64,000 nucleotides of DNA from Pueribacillus theae (lineage in GTDB: Bacteria > Bacillota > Bacilli > Bacillales > UBA6769). The stretch spans positions 16,016 to 80,015 of the forward strand of contig NZ_QCZG01000013.1 in NCBI RefSeq assembly GCF_003097615.1, read 5' to 3'. The translations under genes and the position numbers were made by a program. Below the pieces are notes generated by a model. It worked only from the letters and a program-made list of their open reading frames with translations. It did no database searches and was not told the origin of the DNA. This document shows, piece after piece, positions 12,964 to 23,146 of the stretch. Positions within the stretch are counted from its first letter, which is position 1; every line of letters begins with the position of its first letter.

Positions 12964-13020
12964 TGAAATCCCTCCAATAAATAACTTAATTGGTATCATT
13001 ATGAATGATTATGATTTGTT

Positions 13021-13380
13021 TTACAACTTCCAAGCTTTCTCGTATAAATCTTCTTTAAAACCAACAGTTACGTTGTTTCCGTCAGTAGCGATTGGGCGTT
13101 TAATCAGCATGCCATCTGAAGCAAGCAGCTCAAGCATCTCTTCTTCAGATGCTGTTTTTAGACGATCTTTTAAACCGAGTTCACGGTATTTCATTCCACT
13201 TGTATTGAAAAATTTCTTCAACTCAAGTCCACTTTTTTCAAACAGGTCTTTTAACTGTTCTTTTGAAGGCGGGTTTTCGACAATATGAACTTCATTGAAG
13301 TCAATACCGTTTTCTTCTAGCCATTTTTTCGCTTTACGGCATGTCCCGCATTTCGGATACCAGTAAAATGTTAAAGCCAA
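13021..13380 (-). CDS. ArsC/Spx-family protein (YusI-like)
   Basis: 119 aa with N-terminal CGTC and an arsenate-reductase/Spx fold signature. Position matches yusI. Confidence 0.75.
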   Translation of the reverse strand: MALTFYWYPKCGTCRKAKKWLEENGIDFNEVHIVENPPSKEQLKDLFEKSGLELKKFFNTSGMKYRELGLKDRLKTASEEEMLELLASDGMLIKRPIATDGNNVTVGFKEDLYEKAWKL

Positions 13381-13404
13381 TGTTTTGTCCCCCCATCATA
13401 TCAT

Positions 13405-14568
13405 TTATCGGTATTCTAACAGCTTTTGTTTCAATTCATTTTCCATTGATAGCAAATCTTGTTCTGCCTGATTGCGTTTTGCACGGCCTTCCGCTTGAAT
13501 GCGAAGTGTTTCTTCGATTGTAGCGATTAAGTTTTCCTGTGTTTTTTTCAATGTTTCAATATCGACGAGGCCCCGTTCATTCTCTTTCGCTGTTTCGATT
13601 GTATTTGTTTTGAGCATTTCCGCATTTTTTAACAAAAGCTCATTTGTTGTTTTCGATACTTGCTTTTGTGCTTCAACCGCATTGCGCTGGCGAAGCAAGG
13701 AAAGGGCAATCGCAATTTGGTTCTTCCATAGCGGGATCGCCGTTAAAATCGATGATTGAATTTTTTCGACTAGCGCTTGGTTTGTGTTTTGGATAAGGCG
13801 GATTTGCGGTGCGCTTTGTAAGGTGATTTGCTGGCTCAACTTCAAATCGTGGATTCTCTTTTCAAGCCTCTCCGCAAATTGAACCATATCATTTACAGCT
13901 TGAAAATCCATTTGGTCTTGGCTCATTTCTGCTTTTTGTTTAAGCGCCGGTATGATCTTTGTTTCCAGTTCTTCTAATTTTAATTCACCGGCAGCGATAT
14001 AAATGGTTAGCGCGTGAAAGTAGTCTTTGTTTTCTTCAAATAATTTATTTAAAATCGCGTTGTCTTGTGTTAATGACTGTTTAAATTTATCAAGCTTTAC
14101 GCTAATGCGATCGATTTGCGCGCCGGTTTTTTGATATTTTGAAAGAATCTCATTGACTGAGTTTGACACCTTTCCAAACATACGGGAGAAGATGTTCCGC
14201 TTTTCTGCCTGTAGTTCATTTGGATTCACTTGCTCAAGTTTTTTCATTAATTCCGAAAGCACGTGGCCAATTTCGCCTGTGTCTTTCTTTTGGACATGTT
14301 CAAGCATCGTGTGTGAAAAGTTTAACAGCTTTCCTTGGGCCGCAGTTCCGTATTGCGCGATGGCATGCTGGTTTTTCGGGTCGATCTGTTTTGCCAGTTC
14401 CATTGCTTTTTCTTTGTCTTCATCCTCAAGCCTTTCAATCCGTTTAACCGGGCGATCACCCGATTTCTGAATTTCCTTGGCTTGTCCATTTTCTTCTTGG
14501 ATCCCAAATGGATTTGCCAGCAAATCATCAATTTTATCCGTTTGTTTTTGTCCGTTATGCTCGTTCAC
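13405..14568 (-). CDS. TelA-like toxic anion resistance protein (YaaN family)
   Basis: 387 aa, alpha-helical. Family resemblance to TelA/KlaA/YaaN. Co-oriented with an xpaC-like gene, as in the B. subtilis xpaC-yaaN pair. Confidence 0.65.
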   Translation of the reverse strand: MNEHNGQKQTDKIDDLLANPFGIQEENGQAKEIQKSGDRPVKRIERLEDEDKEKAMELAKQIDPKNQHAIAQYGTAAQGKLLNFSHTMLEHVQKKDTGEIGHVLSELMKKLEQVNPNELQAEKRNIFSRMFGKVSNSVNEILSKYQKTGAQIDRISVKLDKFKQSLTQDNAILNKLFEENKDYFHALTIYIAAGELKLEELETKIIPALKQKAEMSQDQMDFQAVNDMVQFAERLEKRIHDLKLSQQITLQSAPQIRLIQNTNQALVEKIQSSILTAIPLWKNQIAIALSLLRQRNAVEAQKQVSKTTNELLLKNAEMLKTNTIETAKENERGLVDIETLKKTQENLIATIEETLRIQAEGRAKRNQAEQDLLSMENELKQKLLEYR

Positions 14569-15208
14569 TTGACGACCTCCTCTCGGTGTCTTTTAATCGA
14601 TTCACGGATTGCTTTGCTACGTCCAATTCAAAATGTAATGTATCAACGTCATCAACTAACATAGCCCGTAAATCTTCTTCAATTGCTTCATTGATTTGAG
14701 AAATCATCTCTCTTGTTTCCCTTAAAGATCTGGAAAGTTCTTTCGTTTTTGCGGGCTGTGAGGATAGAAAGGCATATTTCTCTGTTAATTCAACGAGAGA
14801 GTCTAAATGGCTATAGAAAAAACGTTCCGCTTGATAAAAACGCCTCGGTTCTTTTTTTGTGTTTGAATAAATTTTTTGGACCGTACGAATCATGTTGAAA
14901 TTTTGTTTGATGTGAGAAATCCCCCGCACACTTGTCATTGATTTTCGAAGCCTGACAATTTTCTGCTTCGCTTCTTTTAAATTTTCCTCAATAAATTTGT
15001 ACTCTCTTCTTGTAAGGCCGTTTTTTCGCAAATGCTGGAAATGTTCGATTTGCTTTAAAGAAAAATAAACAACTCCTCCACCAAGCAAAGCGTAAAAACT
15101 AGCCAACAAAAAAGATTGGTGAAAAGCAAAAAAGCTAACCGGCCAAACGATTCCGGCGCTAAAGAAAGCGGCTACCGAACGCAATATAAATTGAAGCAGT
15201 GCTTTCAT
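14555..15208 (-). CDS. xpaC: XpaC-like protein (5-bromo-4-chloroindolyl phosphate hydrolysis protein family)
   Basis: 217 aa with two N-terminal TM helices followed by a charged helical domain. Overlaps the TelA-like start by 14 nt. Confidence 0.6.
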   Translation of the reverse strand: MKALLQFILRSVAAFFSAGIVWPVSFFAFHQSFLLASFYALLGGGVVYFSLKQIEHFQHLRKNGLTRREYKFIEENLKEAKQKIVRLRKSMTSVRGISHIKQNFNMIRTVQKIYSNTKKEPRRFYQAERFFYSHLDSLVELTEKYAFLSSQPAKTKELSRSLRETREMISQINEAIEEDLRAMLVDDVDTLHFELDVAKQSVNRLKDTERRSSSERA

Positions 15209-15399
15209 TTATCCCAACTCCCGTTATTTTGCAATTAAAGTCTTCATAGTTCTATTGTAAACGATTCCTTCAAAAAGCAAAATGAAAAAGACAAGCTCCT
15301 ATTGAACATTTTTAGAATAAGTAGAAAAAGTCATTTTTCCACATTATTTTCCGGTTACCCATAAAATTAAGGCCTTGAAAGAAACCGTATAAAAAAAAT

Positions 15400-15421
15400 C
15401 GCCCCCTAAAAGGGAGCGAAC
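15400..15421 (-). terminator. fadE terminator
   Basis: TCGCCCCCTaaaAGGGAGCGA stem with one mismatch, followed by TTTTTTTT on the minus strand. Confidence 0.55.
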
Positions 15422-15435
15422 AACTGATGTTCATA

Positions 15436-17211
15436 TTAAACCACATATTTCTCTTCTTGAATGATCGCTTCTGCGATTTCGCGCTTTTTGGCGATGACGT
15501 TAATTGGGTTGTGGCGTGTTAGTTTGCGAAGGACTGACATCATCATGCGCAAGCTGTCGCCTTCCTCAATGAACAATAGAGATTCTTTTGCGTGTGCTTC
15601 AATTTTATTGAATGCTTCCTGGCAGTAAACCTCTGTCAAAAGCAGTTTTATTTTGCTGTTTTCCAGGCCGTCTTTGTTAATCGCCTTTTCCGTACGGAGC
15701 ACAGCCGATTCCATTGCGTAAATTTCACTTACGATGTCAGCTGCATTTGCAAGAACTTCTTGCTCATCGTTCAATTTTTTGCCAAGCTTTTGCAGCGCCA
15801 TGCCTGCGACAGACAAGAACACTTTTTTCGCCATTTTGATCAAATATTTCTCCTGGGCTAACGGCTCATCCCCCACTTCTTCAGGCATTAACGCCATGAT
15901 TTCAGCTTGCAGTTCTTGTGCTTTTTGTAAAAGCGGCAATTCGCCTTTCATCGCTTTTTTCACAAGCGTACCCGGTACAATCAGGCGGTTGATTTCGTTT
16001 GTTCCTTCAAAAATACGGTTAATGCGGGAATCACGGTACATTCTCTCAACTTCGTATTCTTGCATATAGCCATATCCGCCGTGAATTTGCACCGCTTCAT
16101 CAACGACGTAGTCCAAAACTTCAGACGCAAAAAATTTATTTAGTGAGCATTCAATGGCATATTCCGCAATCGCATTGGCTACGGCAGTGCCATCCTCTTT
16201 TTCCTCTTCTGAAAGATTTTGGAAGCGCTGCTCAAACAGGCCGACAGTACGGTATGTGGAACTTTCAGCCGCATATGTTTTCACCGCCATATTTGCAAGC
16301 TTCTCTTGGATAAGACGGAAATTTGAAATTGGCGTATTAAACTGCTTGCGTTCATTTGCATATTTTGCGGCAAGTTCAATGCCGATTTTCGAACTTCCTA
16401 CAGCGCCAACAGCAAGCTTGTAACGCCCAACATTTAAAATATTGAATGCGATAACATGGCCTTTGCCAACTTCATAAAGAAGATTTTCCTTTGGCACTTT
16501 TGCATCTTCCAAAATCAATGTACGGGTGGAAGAGCTTTTAATTCCCATCTTCTTCTCTTCCACACCGGTAGAAACCCCTTCGAAGTTTCGTTCAACGATA
16601 AACGCGCTGAATTTATCGCCGTCAATTTTTGCATAGACGACAAATACATCGGCAAATCCCGAGTTTGTGATCCATTGTTTTTCACCGTTTAAAATGTAGT
16701 GAGTACCTTCATCATTCAGCTTTGCCGTCGTTTTTGCACCCAGCGCGTCAGAACCTGAAGAAGGCTCTGTCAGTGCATAAGCGGCAATAAGTTCACCAGT
16801 CGCCAGTTTGGGAAGGTATTTTTTCTTTTGCTCTTCATTTCCGAAAAAGACAATCGGCAATGAACCGATGCCGACATGGGCGCCGTGCGTAATGCCGAAG
16901 CCGCCAGCTCCGCCCATTTTTTCAGTAATCAAGGCTGAACTGATTTTATCGAGGCCAAGGCCTCCATATCCTTCCGGTACATCGGCGCCTAGCAGTCCGA
17001 GTTCACCGGCTTTTTTTAGCAGTTGAACGGAATATTCAAATTCGTGGTTTTCGAGCTTCTCATGGACAGGCTTTACTTCTTTTTCAACATAATCTGCTGT
17101 TGTCTTAGCAATCATAAGCTGTTCTTCATTAAAGTCTTCTGGAGTAATAATATCTTCTGCATCGACATCTTCAACTAAAAAACTTCCGCCTTTTTTCATT
17201 ACTTCCACCAT
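15436..17211 (-). CDS. fadE: acyl-CoA dehydrogenase FadE
   Basis: 591-aa ACAD family protein. GAGGAGG RBS 9 nt upstream. Third gene of the fadN-fadA-fadE operon. Confidence 0.85.
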   Translation of the reverse strand: MVEVMKKGGSFLVEDVDAEDIITPEDFNEEQLMIAKTTADYVEKEVKPVHEKLENHEFEYSVQLLKKAGELGLLGADVPEGYGGLGLDKISSALITEKMGGAGGFGITHGAHVGIGSLPIVFFGNEEQKKKYLPKLATGELIAAYALTEPSSGSDALGAKTTAKLNDEGTHYILNGEKQWITNSGFADVFVVYAKIDGDKFSAFIVERNFEGVSTGVEEKKMGIKSSSTRTLILEDAKVPKENLLYEVGKGHVIAFNILNVGRYKLAVGAVGSSKIGIELAAKYANERKQFNTPISNFRLIQEKLANMAVKTYAAESSTYRTVGLFEQRFQNLSEEEKEDGTAVANAIAEYAIECSLNKFFASEVLDYVVDEAVQIHGGYGYMQEYEVERMYRDSRINRIFEGTNEINRLIVPGTLVKKAMKGELPLLQKAQELQAEIMALMPEEVGDEPLAQEKYLIKMAKKVFLSVAGMALQKLGKKLNDEQEVLANAADIVSEIYAMESAVLRTEKAINKDGLENSKIKLLLTEVYCQEAFNKIEAHAKESLLFIEEGDSLRMMMSVLRKLTRHNPINVIAKKREIAEAIIQEEKYVV

Positions 17212-17304
17212 CTTTTATTTCCTCCTCTAAGTCGTTTGTGAAGATTCTAAGTTATTGGATACATGATTTGTCATCGCATCGAACTTGTGAACATTTCCTC
17301 TTTC

Positions 17305-18480
17305 TTAAAGCAATTCAAAGACACCTGCGGCACCCATTCCTCCGCCGATACACATGGTGACAACGCCAAACTGCTCATTGCGGCGTTTTAATTCATGAAT
17401 AAGCGATAATGTTAATTTCGCACCTGTACATCCGAGCGGATGCCCGAGCGCAATAGCTCCTCCGTTTACGTTTACCTTGTCATGATCGAGGCCGAGTTCG
17501 CGGATAATTTGAATCGATTGAGAAGCAAATGCTTCATTTAACTCGAATAAAGCAATGTCTGATTTGCTTAATCCAGCAATTTCAAGCGCTCTTGGAATGG
17601 CTTTTACTGGACCGATTCCCATAATTTCCGGCGGAACACCTTCCACGGCAAATGAGCGGAACTTCGCAAGCGGCGTCAAGCCTTCCGCTTCTGCTTTCTC
17701 CCGATCCATGATTAAAACCGCCGCTGCACCGTCGCTCATTTGTGAAGCATTCCCGGCAGTAACCGTCCCATTTACTGAAAAAGCAGGTTTCAGTTTTGCG
17801 AGAACTTCCATTGTTGTGCCTTCCCTTACCCCTTCATCCATGCTGAAAGTAAAGGTGCGTTCTCGAAGTTTGTTATTTTCATCAAGTGAACGATTTGTCA
17901 CTTCTACCGGGACAATTTCATCAACGAATTTCCCGTTTTTGATCGCTTCGGCTGCACGCCGATGGCTTTCTACCGCAAAAGCATCTTGATCTTCCCGAGA
18001 GATTTCAAATCTTTTTGCTACCTCTTCTGCAGTATGCCCCATCCCCATATAATATTCAGGTGCTGTTTCGACAAGTTTTGAATTTAATCGATACACATGC
18101 CCGCCCATTGGAAGCATGCTCATCGATTCGACACCGCCCGCGATAATCGCTTCAGCGCTTCCAACCATAATCCGTTCCGCCCCGTAGGCAATCGTTTGAA
18201 GCCCTGATGAGCAATAGCGGTTGACGGTCACTCCCGGTACTGTGTCTGGCAGTCCGGCCAGTGCACCAATATTTCTTGCGACATTCATCCCTTGCTCAGC
18301 CTCTGGTGTGGCAGTTCCGATGATGATGTCATCAATCCGTCCATCATACCCATTCGCCCGCTTTAGCGTTTCTTTTACGACAAGCGCACCGAGATCATCA
18401 GGCCGGGTTTGGGCGAGGCTTCCGCGTTTTGCCTTGCCGACAGGTGTTCTTGCTCCGGCAACAATCACTGCTTCTCTCAC
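17305..18480 (-). CDS. fadA: acetyl-CoA C-acyltransferase (3-ketoacyl-CoA thiolase) FadA
   Basis: 391 aa with thiolase active-site motifs (NRYCSSG, GHPLGCTGA, CIGGGMG). Confidence 0.9.
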   Translation of the reverse strand: MREAVIVAGARTPVGKAKRGSLAQTRPDDLGALVVKETLKRANGYDGRIDDIIIGTATPEAEQGMNVARNIGALAGLPDTVPGVTVNRYCSSGLQTIAYGAERIMVGSAEAIIAGGVESMSMLPMGGHVYRLNSKLVETAPEYYMGMGHTAEEVAKRFEISREDQDAFAVESHRRAAEAIKNGKFVDEIVPVEVTNRSLDENNKLRERTFTFSMDEGVREGTTMEVLAKLKPAFSVNGTVTAGNASQMSDGAAAVLIMDREKAEAEGLTPLAKFRSFAVEGVPPEIMGIGPVKAIPRALEIAGLSKSDIALFELNEAFASQSIQIIRELGLDHDKVNVNGGAIALGHPLGCTGAKLTLSLIHELKRRNEQFGVVTMCIGGGMGAAGVFELL

Positions 18481-18516
18481 AGTTTTTTTACCCCCTCGAT
18501 ATTCTATAGACTGTTT

Positions 18517-20901
18517 TTAATTCCGCAACGGTTTTCCTTTTACAAGCATATGCTGCATTCTTTCCTGCGTTTTGCGTTCGCCAATTAAACTTAAAAATGC
18601 TTCTCTCTCAAGATCAAGCAAATATTGTTCATCAACTGGCGTTCCATACGGAAGCTTTCCGCCAGCGATAACGTTAGCAAGCTTCTTCGCAATATGGACA
18701 TCGTATTCACTGACGTAGCCTGAATATTGCATTGATTTGACACCCATGAGCATTGTGGCATAACCCGTTTCACCGACAACCGGAATTTTGATGCGTTTCG
18801 GTGCGCGATAGCCCTCATCTGCCAAATGAATCACTTGCTGTTTCGCGTCGTAAATCAAATGGTCGCCGTTCATGCTTATCCCGTCTTCATCATGTAAAAA
18901 TCCGTACTCTTTTGCTTCATCTGCTGAAGTAGATACTTTCGCCATTGCGATCGTTTCAAACGTTTTATTTGCGATTTTCTGCAAGTCCAGATCCGTTCCT
19001 TCGGGCAATCCTTCCAGCAGACGCCGGTAAAGTTCCTTGTTGCCTCCGCCGCCAGGGATAAGCCCAACGCCGACTTCTACAAGGCCCATATAGGTTTCTG
19101 ATGATGCTTGGATTTTTGCCGCCGGCATCGCCACTTCAGCCCCGCCGCCCAACGACATGGAAAACGGCGCTGCAACGACAGGCTTTGCCGAATAACGAAT
19201 GCGCATCATCGCATCTTGGAATTGGCGAATCGTCAATTCAAGTTCAAAAAAGTTATCATCCTGCGCCTCCATAAGCATAAGGGCGAGATTGGCGCCTACA
19301 CAGAAATTCTTTCCTTGGTTCCCGATGACAAGCCCTTTGTAATCCCCTTGCTCAGCTTCCTCAATGGCCGTATTTATCATTTGAATGATATCAAGGCCAA
19401 TCGCATTGTTCTGTGAATGGAATTCCAAATTTAAAACCCCGTCGCCAAGGTCAATCAGGCTTGCCCCGCTATTCTTTTTGATTACGTTGTTTTGCTCTTT
19501 TAATTTTACGAGGTTAATCGTTTTTGGGTTTTCTTCCGCTTTCTTGTAGCTTCCGTTATCATAATAAAATGTGCTTCCATTATCCTTTTTATAAAATGAA
19601 CGGTTGCCGGCAGCTAACATATCCTTTACCCAGCTTGGAACTGTTTTTCCTTCCTGTTCCATCTTGGCAACGGATTGTTCAACGCCGATTGCATCCCACG
19701 TTTCAAATGGGCCCTGTTCCCATCCAAAGCCCCATTTCATCGCTTGATCGACAGCATAAATATCATCTGCAATCTCATATGCCTTTTCTGCAGCGTAAAG
19801 CAATGAAAGACTTAATGTGTTCCATAGCAGCTGGCCGGCACGATCATCGGCATAAATTATTGTTTTTAAACGTTCAGATTTTTTTGCTTGCTTTGCAAGC
19901 TCAATGGACGGGGCCTTTAACTTTTTGCGTTGTTCATACTCCATTGTCTCCGGATTCAATTCCAAAATTTGTTTGCCTTCTTTTTTGTAGAAGCCTTGTC
20001 CTGTTTTGCTGCCGAGCCAGCCTTTTTCGAGCATTTCTTTCATAAAGTGCGGTACATGAAATCGATCTTTCTCTTCCCCGTCAACGTTTTCATAAACATT
20101 GTTTGCAACATGGATAAATGTATCAAGCCCTACAACATCCAATGTCCGAAATGTCGCACTCTTCGCTCTTCCAATGAGTGTTCCTGTTACAGAATCGATT
20201 TCACCGACAGAGTAGCCACTTTTCAATAGTTCTCCAACGGTTACAAGCAAACCGTACGTCCCGATCCGGTTGGCTATGAAGTTTGGCGTATCCTTTGCTT
20301 CGACTACCCCTTTGCCAAGGACATTTTCGCCAAATTGCTTCATATAAGCAACAACTTCCGGCTTTGTTTCTTTCGTTGGAATAATTTCAAGCAATTTTAG
20401 ATAGCGTGGAGGATTAAAAAAATGCGTTCCTAAAAAATGGGCCTTGAAATCAGCTGATCTCCCTTCAGCCATCGCTTCAATCGAAATGCCGGAAGTGTTT
20501 GAGCTGACAATCGTTCCCTCTTTTCGGTAAACGTCCACTTTTTCAAACAGTTGCTTCTTAATCTCAAGATTTTCTACGATGACCTCAATAATCCAGTCAA
20601 CCTCTGCCAGTTTCTCAAGATCATCCTCTAAATTTCCAGTTGTAATAAAACTGGCATTTTTCTTTTTAGTAAGTGGGGCGGGCTTTTGTTTAAATAACTT
20701 CGCCACCGCTGCATCTGCAAGACGGTTGCGCACCACCCGATTTGAAAGAGAAAGTCCCTTTTCTTTCTCTGCTTTCGTTAACTCATTTGGTACAATATCC
20801 AGCAGCAATGTAGGGATTCCAATATTCGCCAAGTGGGCAGCGATTCCTGAACCCATCACACCTGATCCAATCACGGCTGCTCTCTGTATTTCACGAGCCA
20901 T
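18517..20901 (-). CDS. fadN: fatty-acid oxidation multifunctional protein: 3-hydroxyacyl-CoA dehydrogenase / enoyl-CoA hydratase (FadN)
   Basis: 794 aa with an N-terminal NAD-binding GSGVMGSGIA motif and C-terminal crotonase-like domains. Confidence 0.9.
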   Translation of the reverse strand: MAREIQRAAVIGSGVMGSGIAAHLANIGIPTLLLDIVPNELTKAEKEKGLSLSNRVVRNRLADAAVAKLFKQKPAPLTKKKNASFITTGNLEDDLEKLAEVDWIIEVIVENLEIKKQLFEKVDVYRKEGTIVSSNTSGISIEAMAEGRSADFKAHFLGTHFFNPPRYLKLLEIIPTKETKPEVVAYMKQFGENVLGKGVVEAKDTPNFIANRIGTYGLLVTVGELLKSGYSVGEIDSVTGTLIGRAKSATFRTLDVVGLDTFIHVANNVYENVDGEEKDRFHVPHFMKEMLEKGWLGSKTGQGFYKKEGKQILELNPETMEYEQRKKLKAPSIELAKQAKKSERLKTIIYADDRAGQLLWNTLSLSLLYAAEKAYEIADDIYAVDQAMKWGFGWEQGPFETWDAIGVEQSVAKMEQEGKTVPSWVKDMLAAGNRSFYKKDNGSTFYYDNGSYKKAEENPKTINLVKLKEQNNVIKKNSGASLIDLGDGVLNLEFHSQNNAIGLDIIQMINTAIEEAEQGDYKGLVIGNQGKNFCVGANLALMLMEAQDDNFFELELTIRQFQDAMMRIRYSAKPVVAAPFSMSLGGGAEVAMPAAKIQASSETYMGLVEVGVGLIPGGGGNKELYRRLLEGLPEGTDLDLQKIANKTFETIAMAKVSTSADEAKEYGFLHDEDGISMNGDHLIYDAKQQVIHLADEGYRAPKRIKIPVVGETGYATMLMGVKSMQYSGYVSEYDVHIAKKLANVIAGGKLPYGTPVDEQYLLDLEREAFLSLIGERKTQERMQHMLVKGKPLRN

Positions 20902-20919
20902 AAAAGAACCTCCTCAATT

Positions 20920-20937
20920 TGAATGAATGCTCATTCA
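20920..20937 (-). promoter_or_regulatory. FadR (YsiA) operator-like box TGAATGAATGCTCATTCA
   Basis: Matches the B. subtilis FadR box TGAATGANTANTCATTCA. Located 19-36 nt upstream of the fadN start codon. Confidence 0.65.
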
Positions 20938-21119
20938 TTTTTGTTATAAAAAAATTTGAAATTTCCTTTTTCACTATTTAATATAACGGATTTTCTCGAT
21001 GAACGCAATAAAAAATTATGCAGAGAGAGCTTGAATTTCGACTCATTCAAGTTCATGCGTGATAATTTCATCCATTTTGCCGCATACTAAAATTAATTTT
21101 TTACGAGGAGGGAATTGTA

Positions 21120-21406
21120 TGGACAATCAGCAACCATTGCAAACCGAACAAAATATTATGCCACAGCCGCCAAACATCATATCAACAAAAGACCATTTGT
21201 ATATGACCGATATGTTATCGTGGAATTTGCTGGCTATGAAAAAAGCGTATCATTGGGCTGAAGAATGCACAGATCCCGAAGTAAAACAAGCAATCCAAAA
21301 GTCAGGTGACATGCACCAGCGCCATTATGAAAGATTACTTAGCCACTTAAAACCTCAGGCTATGTCAACACAACAAATGACAAATATGCCACAACAACAG
21401 CAATAA
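21120..21406 (+). CDS. CotF-like spore coat protein (Coat_F domain), YusN-like
   Basis: The ORF starts at 21059. I prefer the ATG at 21120 (MDNQQPLQ), which follows AGGAGGG. Gln-rich termini and a conserved Coat_F core (DHLYMTDMLSWNLLAMKKAYHWAEEC). Confidence 0.7.
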
Positions 21407-21419
21407 GGGAGGAATTCTC

Positions 21420-21749
21420 GTGCAATCGAATCAAAGCAATAAAATTAAAAACCCTCAATCACAAGTTCCCAAGACTGAGCTTATGAATGATCGCGATCGG
21501 TTAAATGATATGCTGTCAACTGAAAAATATATGACAGACGGCTATGATACCGCTTTGAATGAAGCAAGCCATGAGCAGCTTTATCAAGATATTCTCATGA
21601 TATACACCGAAACACAAAACTGCCAGCGTGATCTTTTCAATTTAATGTTTAAAAAAGGCTGGTATAAATTAGAGGCTGCGGACGGGCAACAGCTCCAACA
21701 ATCCCAGCAACAATTTGCCAATTACATGACAACACAGTTTCCCCATTAA
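21420..21749 (+). CDS. second CotF-like spore coat protein
   Basis: GTG start after GGGAGG. Coat_F-like core (MTDGYDTALNEASHEQLYQDIL). Followed by the terminator at 21773. Confidence 0.65.
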   Translation: MQSNQSNKIKNPQSQVPKTELMNDRDRLNDMLSTEKYMTDGYDTALNEASHEQLYQDILMIYTETQNCQRDLFNLMFKKGWYKLEAADGQQLQQSQQQFANYMTTQFPH

Positions 21750-21772
21750 TTTAACCCATTTTTACTGATAAA

Positions 21773-21797
21773 TAAGGGGCTTATCAAGTAGCCCCTT
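21773..21797 (+). terminator. terminator AAGGGGCTtatcaagtAGCCCCTT plus T-rich tract
   Basis: 8-bp perfect stem directly after the second CotF-like gene. Confidence 0.6.
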
Positions 21798-22015
21798 GTT
21801 TACCAGTGCCTTAACGGCTCAATATATAGATTGAAATGGCTACATTATCCTTCTCGACTTTGGTGTTCCCTTCAATCGACCCAAAACGTTCATTTGTTTT
21901 ATTTACGTAATTTTCTACCTGAAACTCTTGGATGGAGCACAAATCTGATTCTAACAGGTGAGCGGACTAAACATTACGCTTTTAATATAAGCTGTAATAT
22001 CTAGCCTGGATCTCA

Positions 22016-23131
22016 TTAATAAGGCGTGGCCTGCCAGGTGTGATAGCCCAGATTAGCCAATGTAGCGAGAATGTTGCGCGTGCCGATCGCTTTTGTGATG
22101 GGTTGGAAACCCGTAGCTAAGAGCTGGCCAGCGAGAATCCGGCGACATGCTTCTGCCGCTAATGCGCCGGTTTGCAAGTAAGGCGAATTTCCTCGCAGTA
22201 CTACATTTACGCCACCGGTGTTACCACGACCGATACAAGAGATGACCGACCGGTTGACATCTGGATTCTCCCGGGATGGTTCTTCAGGAGTGATGGTTCC
22301 GCCAATTTCATTTGTAACCTTTTCCTGCTCTTTGGCACTCAAAGAACGATACTTTTCTTCGAACTCCTCGAGTACTTTTAAAATGCCGCCGAACATGACT
22401 TCATTCTTAAAGCCCACCAACGTCGCACAGTTGGTCACCCGCTCGTCATTCTCGAACCACACCGTTTCACCGCCACCAGACCAAGGTAAAGCTTTGAATA
22501 ACCGGTGCTGATCCGGAGTCTTAACATCATATGCTTTTGCGTATGGCCACATCCGCAAGGTATTGTTTTCTAGGTAGTATTGTGGCTTGGTGCACATCCT
22601 TAGAAAAGACTTGGTAGAAGTAGTGCTGGTAGACGAGTCTGCAAAATAAAGGATATCCAACGAGTTCACACCGGGAGTTTCCAACGCTATCTCAGCCGCC
22701 ATCATTCCAGCAGTCCACATATAAGCTGAGGCCGGAGCTAAAAGTAAGGCTTTCTTGTCAAACTTCTCACCATATTGATCGCGTAAGAAGAACATCCAAT
22801 CAGTTTCGCCGGTTGAGTCAAGGTAGTGGCAATTAGCCGTCAGTGCTGCCTTTACCACAGTTTCACCGACTTGCATAAACGGCCCTACAACGTTGTAGAC
22901 CACCTTTTTTCCTGTGAACAAATCGGTTAGCGCTGCTTCCTTATGGGCCACCTCGACTACGCTATAGTCTGCGTTCTCAAGCTCGGGCACTAGGGTACAT
23001 TGCTCTTTCAAGCGAGACATACTTCTTCCAGCGGCAATGAAAGGAATCCCCAGTTCAGCCAGATGTTTCATAATCAGTTTGCCTGTATAACCACTAGCAC
23101 CATAAACAACTACGTCTTTATTTTTCATCAT
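22016..23131 (-). CDS. saccharopine-dehydrogenase-like NAD(P)-binding oxidoreductase (putative enoyl reductase)
   Basis: 371 aa with an N-terminal Rossmann motif VVYGASGYTGK. GAGGAGG RBS. Last gene of the sigma-54 operon. GC-rich codon usage. Confidence 0.65.
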   Translation of the reverse strand: MMKNKDVVVYGASGYTGKLIMKHLAELGIPFIAAGRSMSRLKEQCTLVPELENADYSVVEVAHKEAALTDLFTGKKVVYNVVGPFMQVGETVVKAALTANCHYLDSTGETDWMFFLRDQYGEKFDKKALLLAPASAYMWTAGMMAAEIALETPGVNSLDILYFADSSTSTTSTKSFLRMCTKPQYYLENNTLRMWPYAKAYDVKTPDQHRLFKALPWSGGGETVWFENDERVTNCATLVGFKNEVMFGGILKVLEEFEEKYRSLSAKEQEKVTNEIGGTITPEEPSRENPDVNRSVISCIGRGNTGGVNVVLRGNSPYLQTGALAAEACRRILAGQLLATGFQPITKAIGTRNILATLANLGYHTWQATPY

Positions 23132-23146
23132 TACTGCCTCCTCTTT

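Noticed and set aside
15330-15380. Possible sigma-B promoter (GTTTCT … GGGTAA) upstream of the xpaC-like gene.
   Set aside because: Spacing between the putative -35 and -10 is 19 nt, against the required 13-15. Not supportable.
21800-22015. Searched the left border of the GC-rich block for a gene remnant, att site or direct repeat matching the right border.
   Set aside because: No ORF longer than 25 codons, and no repeat shared with 29640-30035 that I could see by eye. Boundary left undefined.
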